Source: a bacterium (lineage in GTDB: Bacteria > Hinthialibacterota > Hinthialibacteria > Hinthialibacterales > Hinthialibacteraceae). From it: DNA of 64,000 nt. The position numbers and the translations under genes are program-made. The DNA lies in contig CAXXMV010000008.1 of NCBI GenBank assembly GCA_963662285.2, positions 164,242-228,241 on the forward strand. The letters run 5' to 3'. How positions within the stretch are numbered: the first letter of the stretch is position 1; each line of letters begins with the position of its first letter. The notes under the pieces were generated by a model. It saw only the letters and a program-made list of their open reading frames with translations, made no database searches and was not told where the DNA came from. This document shows, piece by piece, positions 19,380 to 27,683 of the stretch.

Positions 19380-20432
19380 ATGAATAAAAGATTTATAGAG
19401 TTATTAGGAAAACTAGGGCCTTTTTTCGCATTAATCATTATTATCATTTTCTTCCGCAACAGAGCGGGAGAAATTTTCTTTAGTCCCCGTAATATCAGTA
19501 ATATAATCCAGCAAACCAGCGTTATAGCTATCGGCGCCGTCGGCATGACCTTTATCATAGTCAGCGCAGGCATAGACTTATCGGCTGGATCATTGATCGC
19601 TTTTTCCGGCGTATGCAGCGCTATTGCCGTTGTAGCGACGGGCAATATTTATATCGCAATTCTTGTCGCGGTATCGGTTGGTACGATATGCGGCGTATTG
19701 AACGGAGTGGTCATTACTAAAGGTAAACTTCCTCCCTTCATTGTAACTCTGGGAATGCTGGAGATTCTGCGTGGATCAGCATATCAGATAACCGACGGTC
19801 TACCGATCGATACCAACATTCCTGACGCATTCACCAATATCAGTAATGCAGTTTTCACTATTCCCATCGGTGGAACTGAATTAATTATTCCTTACCTGTT
19901 CCTTATATTGATACCCGTCGCCATTATTGGCGGTTTCATTTTGAAGTACACAGTGTTCGGCGTTCAGGTCTATGCGGTTGGATCAAACGAACAGACCGCA
20001 CGGCTGTGCGGCGTTAACGTCGACCGGGTCAAGATAATGGTATACGCCCTGGGCGGCTTCCTGGTTGGACTGGCGGGAATCTTACAGGCTTCGCGCCTGC
20101 GCAGCGGTCAGCCATCAACCGCCGTCGGCCTGGAACTGGACATCATCGCTGCTGTTGTAGTAGGAGGCGGCAGCCTGATGGGTGGTGAAGGAACCATCAT
20201 CGGTTCAGTAATCGGCGCATTCATCATCCGCATCCTGCGCAACGGCTGCGTATTGATGGACATCTCGCCTTACGTCCAGCGCATCATCATCGGCATCATC
20301 ATAATCCTGGCCGTATTCGTAGACCAATTGCGCAGGATGTCAAAAGAGGAAAGAAACGAGATGTTCAGAAGAATATTCTTCATCTTGATTTATCCATACA
20401 ATATGATATTCAACCGGACTGCTGAGAAATAA
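19380..20432 (+). CDS. Sugar ABC transporter permease (RbsC-like)
   Basis: About 9-10 TM helices. GIDLSAGS and SRLRSGQP motifs typical of the BPD_transp_2 ribose-type permease. Confidence 0.85.
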   Translation: MNKRFIELLGKLGPFFALIIIIIFFRNRAGEIFFSPRNISNIIQQTSVIAIGAVGMTFIIVSAGIDLSAGSLIAFSGVCSAIAVVATGNIYIAILVAVSVGTICGVLNGVVITKGKLPPFIVTLGMLEILRGSAYQITDGLPIDTNIPDAFTNISNAVFTIPIGGTELIIPYLFLILIPVAIIGGFILKYTVFGVQVYAVGSNEQTARLCGVNVDRVKIMVYALGGFLVGLAGILQASRLRSGQPSTAVGLELDIIAAVVVGGGSLMGGEGTIIGSVIGAFIIRILRNGCVLMDISPYVQRIIIGIIIILAVFVDQLRRMSKEERNEMFRRIFFILIYPYNMIFNRTAEK

Positions 20433-20481
20433 CGAAGTGGATTTTGTAAACCTTATTACGTATACATACTTTTAAACAATT

Positions 20482-20518
20482 AAATCCCCTGCCCTACTTC
20501 GGGAAGGGGATTTTTTTG
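20482..20518. terminator. Rho-independent terminator after the ABC operon
   Basis: AAATCCCCT ... AGGGGATTT followed by TTTTTTT. Usable in both directions (A-run upstream). Confidence 0.7.
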
Positions 20519-20610
20519 TCTTAGTATGCGTATCGCTTAATTTAGCGATACAGGTGGAATGTAGGAGATTAATATTGATGGATCGATAAGGCATAATGTT
20601 TCCTATAAAA

Positions 20611-20769
20611 CTACGACTTATTATCCTTTTGTGGTTTTGGAGGTGGAGGTGGTGGTGAAGGTGGTGGCAAAGGCCTTTCTTTTGGGGTGGGTGGATCGTT
20701 TACCCCTTCGTTAATTGCTCTTGTATCATTTGCAGGCGGTGGTGATGAATTGGAATCTTTTTTAGTCAT
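20611..20769 (-). CDS. Small proline-rich protein (52 aa), unannotated in the ORF track
   Basis: ATG at 20769 preceded by AGGAG + 7 nt. Product MTKKDSNSSPPPANDTRAINEGVNDPPTPKERPLPPPSPPPPPPKPQKDNKS. In the IS-free reconstruction its ATG lies 1 nt after the stop of the upstream membrane-protein gene. Confidence 0.45.
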   Translation of the reverse strand: MTKKDSNSSPPPANDTRAINEGVNDPPTPKERPLPPPSPPPPPPKPQKDNKS

Positions 20770-20819
20770 TTTATTGCTCCTGTGTTTTCTCTAAAAACTC
20801 TACCCATTTAATATCTTTT

Positions 20820-22210
20820 GGTTCTATAAAGAAATCTGTGGGTGAATGATAGCAAAAATACTTCGAATAGTAGAGGTATAAAAAAGACATCCGGTCTCTT
20901 ATCCTGAAAGAATGAAATCAGCGAAAAATCATCAACCAGGAGGAAACCGGATGGATGTCATTAGAATCCTCAATCGTGTTCATAAAATCAAGGGGTATGT
21001 ATATGCTTCTAGCAAATTTGGTGAATGGAATGGTAAAACATCCATAGAGGTAAAAGTCCGTGCTCATGTCAAAAGCCGCCCGATATGTTCATGCTGCGGA
21101 GAAAAAGGATCAGGTTATGACAGATTAGATGCGCGCCGATTTGAGTTTATCCCGATATGGGGATTAACCGTATTCCTGATCTATGCCATGCGCCGCGTGA
21201 ATTGTCACCGCTGTGGAGTGAAAGTTGAAAAGGTACCTTGGGCCGATGGTAAACATGAATTAACGCATATCTATCAATGGTTCTTGGCGAGCTGGGCCAA
21301 GCGGATGAGTTGGAGCCAAGTGGCGGAAGCATTTCAAACAAGTTGGTACAATGTTTTTCATTCGGTTGAACGGGCGGTAGAATGGGGCCGCCAGCATGTG
21401 AACCTGGAAGGAATCACCGCCATTGGAATCGATGAAATGCAATGGGGCGGCGGCCATCAGTATGTGACAGTGGTATATCAAATCAATGAGAATTGCAAAC
21501 GGCTGCTGTGGATCGGGGAAAAAAGAAAGATCAAAACACTGTTGAAATTCTTCAGATGGTTCGGGGAAGAGCGTTCAAAAAAATTGGAATTTGTGTGCAG
21601 TGATATGTGGAAAGCTTATCTCAAAGTCATTCGCAAAAAAGCCAAAAGCGCGCTGAATGTATTGGATCGGTTTCACATCATGGCTCATATGAACAAAGCC
21701 ATAGATCAAGTCCGCGCTGGAGAATCCCGTGAATTGAAGGCCAAGGGATTAGAACCGGTATTAAAAGGAAGTCGCTGGTGGTTTCTGAAACGCCCGGATA
21801 ATTTGACAGTCAAGCAGGTCGATAAATTAGCCAACGTGGTTCGATATAATCTGCGCACGGTGAGAAGTTATCTTCTCAAAGAGGAATTTCAATTTTTCTG
21901 GGAATATAAATCAGCATGGTGGGCTGGACGCTTCATGGATCAGTGGTGTACTAAAACCATGCGCTCGCGAATCGAACCAATGAAGAAAGTGGCCAAGATG
22001 CTGCGCAACCATCGCGAACTGATTTTGAACTGGTTTCGGGCGAAAAAGGAGTTTTCTTCTGGAGTGGTGGAAGGCTTAAACAACAAGGCCAAAGTGACTA
22101 CCAAAATGGCGTACGGTTTTCGAACCTACAAAGCGCTGGAAATCGCCTTATATCATACACTTGGCGATTTACCAGAACCAAATTTCACCCACAGATTTTT
22201 TTGAAGAGGC
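20820..22210 (+). mobile_element. ISL3-family insertion sequence, apparently intact (1391 bp)
   Basis: Terminal inverted repeats GGTTCTATAAAGAAATCTGTGGGTGAA / reverse complement of the right end GCCTCTTCAAAAAAATCTGTGGGTGAA (22 of 27 identical, 15-bp perfect core). 8-bp direct repeat TATCTTTT at 20812..20819 and 22211..22218. Single transposase ORF. Confidence 0.85.
20951..22204 (+). CDS. ISL3-family transposase
   Basis: ATG at 20951 is 7 nt after AGGAGG. Zinc-finger-like CSCCG...CHRCG, then a DDE_Tnp_ISL3-like core (IGIDEMQW, VCSDMWKAY, DRFHIM). Confidence 0.85.
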   Translation: MDVIRILNRVHKIKGYVYASSKFGEWNGKTSIEVKVRAHVKSRPICSCCGEKGSGYDRLDARRFEFIPIWGLTVFLIYAMRRVNCHRCGVKVEKVPWADGKHELTHIYQWFLASWAKRMSWSQVAEAFQTSWYNVFHSVERAVEWGRQHVNLEGITAIGIDEMQWGGGHQYVTVVYQINENCKRLLWIGEKRKIKTLLKFFRWFGEERSKKLEFVCSDMWKAYLKVIRKKAKSALNVLDRFHIMAHMNKAIDQVRAGESRELKAKGLEPVLKGSRWWFLKRPDNLTVKQVDKLANVVRYNLRTVRSYLLKEEFQFFWEYKSAWWAGRFMDQWCTKTMRSRIEPMKKVAKMLRNHRELILNWFRAKKEFSSGVVEGLNNKAKVTTKMAYGFRTYKALEIALYHTLGDLPEPNFTHRFF

Positions 22211-22796
22211 TATCTTTTGAATCAACTAAAATTCGATTTACTCCAGTGATACGTTTCTCACTAGTTTTTTTTTCCCCATCTTCTTCAATCTCATCTACTA
22301 ACCAAGCAGGATCTTCGATCAGAAAATGCCCTTTTGCTGGTTCTGATGGCCATTCTATAGGCCAACCATATAGCCGTCTATCATCTTTAAAATGTAATAC
22401 AACAAAAGTTGCGTTTCTAAAAAAACCGCCAAACCATTCAGAAGAGAATGATGTTTCCCTCGTAATCCCTGCTTGTCTAAATAATGCGTGTAATTTATCG
22501 TTATTAGCAAAGTAGGAAAATATAATGCCTAAGAATATAGCGCTAACAACGGAGCATATTAATCTCGATGAGTCATTCCACTCCGAGATCACACAAAAGG
22601 TACCAATACACATTAGAAAATTTTTCAAAAAAATGACAAGAACTTCGACAAATATAGTAAAAATTAATGCTTGAACTACTCTCTCAAATTGCGCGGGCCT
22701 TGGATATGACGTAAAACTATAGAAAATCCATGCCGCTACAAATCCGGGCATTAAATATTGAAGAATCGATACCATCTCTTCCATGAAATGTTCCAT
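22185..22796 (-). CDS. Membrane protein of unknown function (possibly DUF6338-like), 3' end replaced by the IS insertion
   Basis: Four N-terminal TM helices (LMPGFVAAWIFY...) plus a soluble C-domain. The last 8 codons and the stop (SLFKKICG*) lie inside the IS right end. The original C-terminus can be reconstructed across the target duplication. Confidence 0.6.
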   Translation of the reverse strand: MEHFMEEMVSILQYLMPGFVAAWIFYSFTSYPRPAQFERVVQALIFTIFVEVLVIFLKNFLMCIGTFCVISEWNDSSRLICSVVSAIFLGIIFSYFANNDKLHALFRQAGITRETSFSSEWFGGFFRNATFVVLHFKDDRRLYGWPIEWPSEPAKGHFLIEDPAWLVDEIEEDGEKKTSEKRITGVNRILVDSKDSLFKKICG

Positions 22797-22947
22797 ACCA
22801 TTATTTAGATATTAATAGTCTTTTTTCGACCAACTGTTGTTAAAAAGAACTACTGCCTTGAAAACTACAAATAAACAATAACGCATTCCACAAACTTAGT
22901 CTAGGGAACTCAATAACTTTTCAATCTGAATATCAAGATGGGAGGAT

Positions 22948-22984
22948 GCCAAGAGCAAGACCGCAATGCGGTCTTGCTCTTGGC
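22948..22984. repeat. 37-nt near-perfect palindrome GCCAAGAGCAAGACCGCA-A-TGCGGTCTTGCTCTTGGC
   Basis: 18-bp arms read directly. Lies 58 nt downstream of the 1210-aa gene. The stem sequence ATGCCAAGAGCAAG recurs at 49446. Confidence 0.8.
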
Positions 22985-23041
22985 ACTATCACTTATGTTT
23001 TTGGATATACTACAGACCTCAGATATCCTTCCCTTGTGGTT

Positions 23042-26000
23042 TTACTGCGGGATCAGGGGTAAACGAATCAAATCATCTGGGTTGAAATTCTCCGTCTGTT
23101 TTGGATAATCAGCGGGATTAAAATCCACCGCCTGATAGCCGGGAACGAGAATGCGTACGTTAGAGACTTCCGGGTGAATGGATACGGGAACAAAATTGTA
23201 AATATCTCTTTCAGGATTGCTGCGGATACGGGCCTGGAATGAAACTGGTTCTGAAAAACCGGTCAATTCGAGAAGTGCGAGTCCATCCAAGGTTTGGTTA
23301 TCGGGCGCAACCAGCATCACCCCATATTTATCCGGTGCATACAGATTGAGCATGAGTTGCGGTTGTTCACCCGGGCGAATAGTGAGCCGTTGCGGCAGCG
23401 TTTCCATCATTTTAGAGAAGCAATAGGCGGTAACTCGAATTTCCAATTCTCCTTCTTGCATACCATAGACTTTATAGTATCCCTCTTCGATTTGGGTAGA
23501 AGGTAATATCTGGGGATTATATTCCTGGCTTTCGGCAACGACATTAATCCAACTGCTGACTGCCGGTTTTTCTTCTAAAAAGAGACGAAGGTATATGGCC
23601 ATATCGTCTTTTTTCAAGTAGACCTTCACTATTATTGGTTGCATCGTCTCCCCGGAATTGAAGGGGGGAACCGTAATCTCAAATTCTTTGGCTTGATACC
23701 CGTCCTTGATCGCCGCTAAAGTGAACGAGCCGGATTCCATGGGGAGCAGAGTGAATGAGCCATCCGATTTTGTCTGCGTTTCAAGATTCCTTACTCCTTG
23801 GGGATTAGTTTCGTTGATTTTCAAGCGGGGTTCAATTTTCGCTTCGGCGATGGGTTCATTGGTCTCTTCATCGAGAACCACGCCTTGAATTTCCAACGAT
23901 GCGATGTGAAGGTCGACTGTGTATTCCGATTGATCTTCGGTAACCAGCACTTTCGCTGAATACTCACAATTTCCTTCATAGAGGGGTTGATCGGGCTGAG
24001 TGGTTTCGCTGGACTCGGTGGTAACCATGATGGTGTATTCTCCCGCTTCGAGCGATGGGAATGAGTAGGCGCCTTGTCGGTCAGATACGGCTTTAAGTGA
24101 GTAGCCGATTTGGTTTTGACTTGTCCTTCGCATGGATAGAGCCACTTGGGCGTTGGGAGAGATTTGTCCCCGTTTGTAGACCGTTCCACGAATGACCGCA
24201 CCCTCGCCGCCGCCGAAATCGCAACGCGTAATCTTGCCTTCTTCAACAAGAACGGTTTTGTATTGCTGGCTTTTGTAATCGTCATTGGGTCCGTAATTAA
24301 GTACCATGTACGAAGCGGGCGCAAGATGTTCGAAACGGTACTCTCCCTCTTCATCGCTGAGGGTTTTATATTTGAATTGATTTTCCGGCCAGTTTTGAAT
24401 ATTGAGGGCTACATTGGCTTCTTTCTTCCCAGCCAATCCATAAGTAGTTCCAGCGATGCCGCCTCCCAATGTCATACGAATCGTGAAAGGAGATTGCGCG
24501 ATCATGGATGTATCAATCGCAAATAACGTAGGCGCGAAATCGTTGTGTTGAACGACCAGAGTGTCTCCTTGAGATGGAAAATTATCTATTTGAAATTGTC
24601 CTTCACCATCGCTGATTGCATCTTGTGGGTAATTCGGCTTGGAAAAAGGATGCCCATAGGAATTTTTTGGGATATCGGGTACATTGGATAGAATACTCAA
24701 GATTGCGTTGGCGATAGGTTGTCCTTGTGGATCAACGATCACGCCGGAAATTTCAATCCCTTTCTCCATGCGGATGATGATTGTATCAACTTTTTGCCCT
24801 TCACGCACGCTGATGGTTTCGCTATCGGCTTCCGGGAATCCTTTCATTTTGGCGTGGAATTGGTAATCCATCGGATCGAGTTTGCTGAACGTGAACGCAC
24901 CATCGTCATCGGTGGTTGTTGCTCTGTGGGTTTCATGATATGGTCTGCCGCTATACATTCTGACTGGATAAACCTGTGCGCCAGCCAGGGGTTGGTCGTT
25001 GTCGTCCAACACGATCCCGGTGATTTGACCACCTTTTTTCATAGCGAGGGTGTAATACGATTCTCCAAACGGACGCTTCTGATTGGTTTGGAGATATTCC
25101 TCTTTACCAGAAATGTGGAATTGTATTTGATCTCCCTTTTTCACGAATCCCTTAATAAGAAATTCTCCATTAGCGTCGGTTTTTGCATACATCGAATCAT
25201 TATGGTAAGATTCCGTATCGCTCAAGGGAAAGGCGCTAACTGACGCGCCCTCTAACGGTTCCGATGTTTCCTTGTCGATCACTTTTCCTTTAATCTCATA
25301 GGTCTCACCATTATTCATAATGAAATCAACGCCGGTTCGGTGTTCTCCCGCTTTTAATTCCAGGGTTTGAGACTGGATAGGATTAACCGGGTAATGATGG
25401 CTGCGGGTCAGGGAGATTCGATAGGAACCGGGCGCCAGCGTATCGAGGGAATAGTCGCCGTTTTGATCCGGTTCAACGCGGAGGTTAGTGGGATACTTCC
25501 ATCCGGGGATATCCTGCAATTCGGCGTCGACTTCCTTATCGGGAACGGTATTACCTCCGCTATCCAGCACCTTGCCGGAAACAGAGGCATACGTTTGCAA
25601 AGCGATTTCCACGCGAATGGGCTGGGTGGGCATTCCAGGCGTGAATGCCTTGCTGAATCCCCGTCCTTCGGTGGGATGGGAAGCTTCCGCATACAAAGTG
25701 CGCTTGGGAAGGTTAGTATTTGTCGATGTTCCATTGCGATTGGTCGTGCAATTGCCGATAGTATCCCATTCACTTTCATCGCCGGTTATTTGGATTTCAG
25801 CTTTTTCAACAGGTTGCCCCATAGGGTTTACGACGTAAAATTCCGCCGCTGATCCCGGCTGCATCTCAATGAGATATTCATTATCCCTGGAGCCTTTTGG
25901 AACATCTATTTGGAGTAAGGGGCTGTTTGGGATTTTATAAGCGAGGAATTGAACATATCCTTCCGCACTGGCCATCAAACTGTAATTTCCTTGCGTTAAA

Positions 26001-26674
26001 CGCGTGATTTTAAATGAACCGTCTTCTTTGGAAATCGCTTTTTCTGTATGTTGGGGCGGCTTCTTTTTAAAGGCGCTGTGACACATGGCGGTGATTTCCG
26101 CTCCCTCAATGGGAGATTTGGTCTGCGCGTTGATAACTTTTCCTTGGATGTAATGGGGGGCTGGGGGGTGAGCAAAATGTTGAGCCAGCGTTGGTTGGCT
26201 TTGCGTCAAGGAAAACTCTTCGCCTAATGAAAGATATCCCTCCGGGGGTAAGGAATGGATAAAGCCCTTAACTGGTCCGTCCAGATGGATTGTATAATAA
26301 CCTTTTTCATCGACGCCGACCTTTTTTTCATTTTTCGATGCGGAGGAGTGTTTGTATTTTTGTTCAACAAAAACCGTAATAATGCTTCCAGGCAGGGCTT
26401 TTCCTTCTTCGGCGGTTACATATCCCGCGATCCAATATTCTTCCTGGGTAGCGGCTTGAGTTATAGGAGATGCAGAGGTTGAAAGAGTGGGTTCCACGGG
26501 AATTGGCTTGGGCGCTATGGTTGCAGCTGATTTAGGTGGTTCGGGAGGAGGAGTGTTAAGGACGGCCTGGTTTTGGGGAGATTCGAGCGTTTTTCCCCCC
26601 ATGAATGTAACGCTAATCATGAAGACTAGAAAGAGTACAAAAAATGCGCCGCCTATTATATATCCTCGATTCAT
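23042..26674 (-). CDS. Giant membrane-anchored protein with about 10 carboxypeptidase-regulatory-like (CarboxypepD_reg) beta-sandwich repeats
   Basis: N-terminal TM anchor. Repeated G-[KTV]-V-x-D-x(3-6)-P-[LI]-x-[GN]-A-x-[VI] starts (GKVIDKETSEPLEGASVSAF, GIVLDDNDQPLAGAQVYP, GVIVDPQGQPIANAILS, GVVLDEETNEPIAEAKIE). Confidence 0.7.
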   Translation of the reverse strand: MNRGYIIGGAFFVLFLVFMISVTFMGGKTLESPQNQAVLNTPPPEPPKSAATIAPKPIPVEPTLSTSASPITQAATQEEYWIAGYVTAEEGKALPGSIITVFVEQKYKHSSASKNEKKVGVDEKGYYTIHLDGPVKGFIHSLPPEGYLSLGEEFSLTQSQPTLAQHFAHPPAPHYIQGKVINAQTKSPIEGAEITAMCHSAFKKKPPQHTEKAISKEDGSFKITRLTQGNYSLMASAEGYVQFLAYKIPNSPLLQIDVPKGSRDNEYLIEMQPGSAAEFYVVNPMGQPVEKAEIQITGDESEWDTIGNCTTNRNGTSTNTNLPKRTLYAEASHPTEGRGFSKAFTPGMPTQPIRVEIALQTYASVSGKVLDSGGNTVPDKEVDAELQDIPGWKYPTNLRVEPDQNGDYSLDTLAPGSYRISLTRSHHYPVNPIQSQTLELKAGEHRTGVDFIMNNGETYEIKGKVIDKETSEPLEGASVSAFPLSDTESYHNDSMYAKTDANGEFLIKGFVKKGDQIQFHISGKEEYLQTNQKRPFGESYYTLAMKKGGQITGIVLDDNDQPLAGAQVYPVRMYSGRPYHETHRATTTDDDGAFTFSKLDPMDYQFHAKMKGFPEADSETISVREGQKVDTIIIRMEKGIEISGVIVDPQGQPIANAILSILSNVPDIPKNSYGHPFSKPNYPQDAISDGEGQFQIDNFPSQGDTLVVQHNDFAPTLFAIDTSMIAQSPFTIRMTLGGGIAGTTYGLAGKKEANVALNIQNWPENQFKYKTLSDEEGEYRFEHLAPASYMVLNYGPNDDYKSQQYKTVLVEEGKITRCDFGGGEGAVIRGTVYKRGQISPNAQVALSMRRTSQNQIGYSLKAVSDRQGAYSFPSLEAGEYTIMVTTESSETTQPDQPLYEGNCEYSAKVLVTEDQSEYTVDLHIASLEIQGVVLDEETNEPIAEAKIEPRLKINETNPQGVRNLETQTKSDGSFTLLPMESGSFTLAAIKDGYQAKEFEITVPPFNSGETMQPIIVKVYLKKDDMAIYLRLFLEEKPAVSSWINVVAESQEYNPQILPSTQIEEGYYKVYGMQEGELEIRVTAYCFSKMMETLPQRLTIRPGEQPQLMLNLYAPDKYGVMLVAPDNQTLDGLALLELTGFSEPVSFQARIRSNPERDIYNFVPVSIHPEVSNVRILVPGYQAVDFNPADYPKQTENFNPDDLIRLPLIPQ

Positions 26675-26885
26675 GATTTCTCCCTTTTAAGAAAAAGTAA
26701 ATATTGAATGGATCGCCGAGTTATTGGTTTATCCAACTAAATTGATAACGCGAGAAATCACAAAAATGTTTCAGAATATGACAATTTCAGAATTAATTTT
26801 AAAGATAATATCTTTTTTAATATCATCAAAAAAATCTATAGGTAAATTTTGGTTTGGGCAAATCGCCAAGGATTAAGATACAATT

Positions 26886-27554
26886 CTATTTCCCGCGTTC
26901 GGAACCAGAATTCTTGTGATATTTCTGTAAAAACTCCTCTGCCACCTTCCGCGTTTTGGGACTTTTGCAATCGCATTGCTTTTCAACGAAGGTTAAAATT
27001 TTCTTTTTCTCTTTACATTCGTCATATATTTGGTCGAAAGATTGGATGATATCAGCCTTGATCAAATCAATGCGCTCAGGATCACGGTCGGTTTGGTCAA
27101 TTTCAAGGAGGATTTTGATGATTTTATTTTGCAGTTTGTTTTTGCTTTTCATAATTTTCCCTGCGTTACGCGCTACGAAAACCGCAGGGATCAGCTTTAC
27201 ATCATTTAAGTAACTGAAATATTTGTCGAAAATCTTCTCGAATTTTTTCTGGGGATCGTTCTGAGATAGATTTGCGATTAAATTAAGAGCACAGCAGCGA
27301 TGAAAGGAATTTTTACTATCAAGTAGTGAAATAAAATAATCCCATTCGGGATAAATAATTGAGGGTTGATCTTCACTAATCTGTAAAAGAACTTTTTCAC
27401 AATTAAAGCGTACAGTTTCCGTTTTAACTTTTAGACCTTCAAGGAGTTTTTCTAATACGCTCTTATCTGATAACGCAAGCGCAGTGACTTCGTCAATGTC
27501 AAAATTATCTTTACAATTCAATAACTCATTTAGATTCTTGCATTTCTTAATCAT
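26886..27554 (-). CDS. Hypothetical alpha-helical (HEAT/ARM-like) protein
   Basis: All-helical repeat-like sequence with no signal peptide. AT-rich gene. The function call is weak. Confidence 0.35.
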   Translation of the reverse strand: MIKKCKNLNELLNCKDNFDIDEVTALALSDKSVLEKLLEGLKVKTETVRFNCEKVLLQISEDQPSIIYPEWDYFISLLDSKNSFHRCCALNLIANLSQNDPQKKFEKIFDKYFSYLNDVKLIPAVFVARNAGKIMKSKNKLQNKIIKILLEIDQTDRDPERIDLIKADIIQSFDQIYDECKEKKKILTFVEKQCDCKSPKTRKVAEEFLQKYHKNSGSERGK

Positions 27555-27683
27555 GGATCACCTCCACAAGTATTCCATATATCTGAGTTTTACCATTAAC
27601 AATATTAAATGATATATACGTGAGCGCCTACGGATATTTTCAATTTCCCAGGATGTAATAAGCAAGATATTGGATAGAATAAT

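Noticed and set aside
19138-19645. Two minus-strand ORFs (69 and 102 aa) across the ATPase-permease junction
   Set aside because: One is the translation of REP-like element S2, and the other is antisense to the permease 5' end. Both conflict with a well-supported operon.
22201-22515. 104-aa plus-strand ORF starting at the IS right end
   Set aside because: It is antisense to the 4-TM protein gene, has no RBS and gives a low-complexity Ser-rich product. It was considered as an IS-driven read-out fusion, but there is no supporting signal.
23821-25852. Several 60-177-aa ORFs on both strands inside the 1210-aa gene
   Set aside because: They are nested in or antisense to a long, domain-consistent ORF. 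Their composition is Arg/Ser/Pro-rich as expected for off-frame reading, and they have no RBS.
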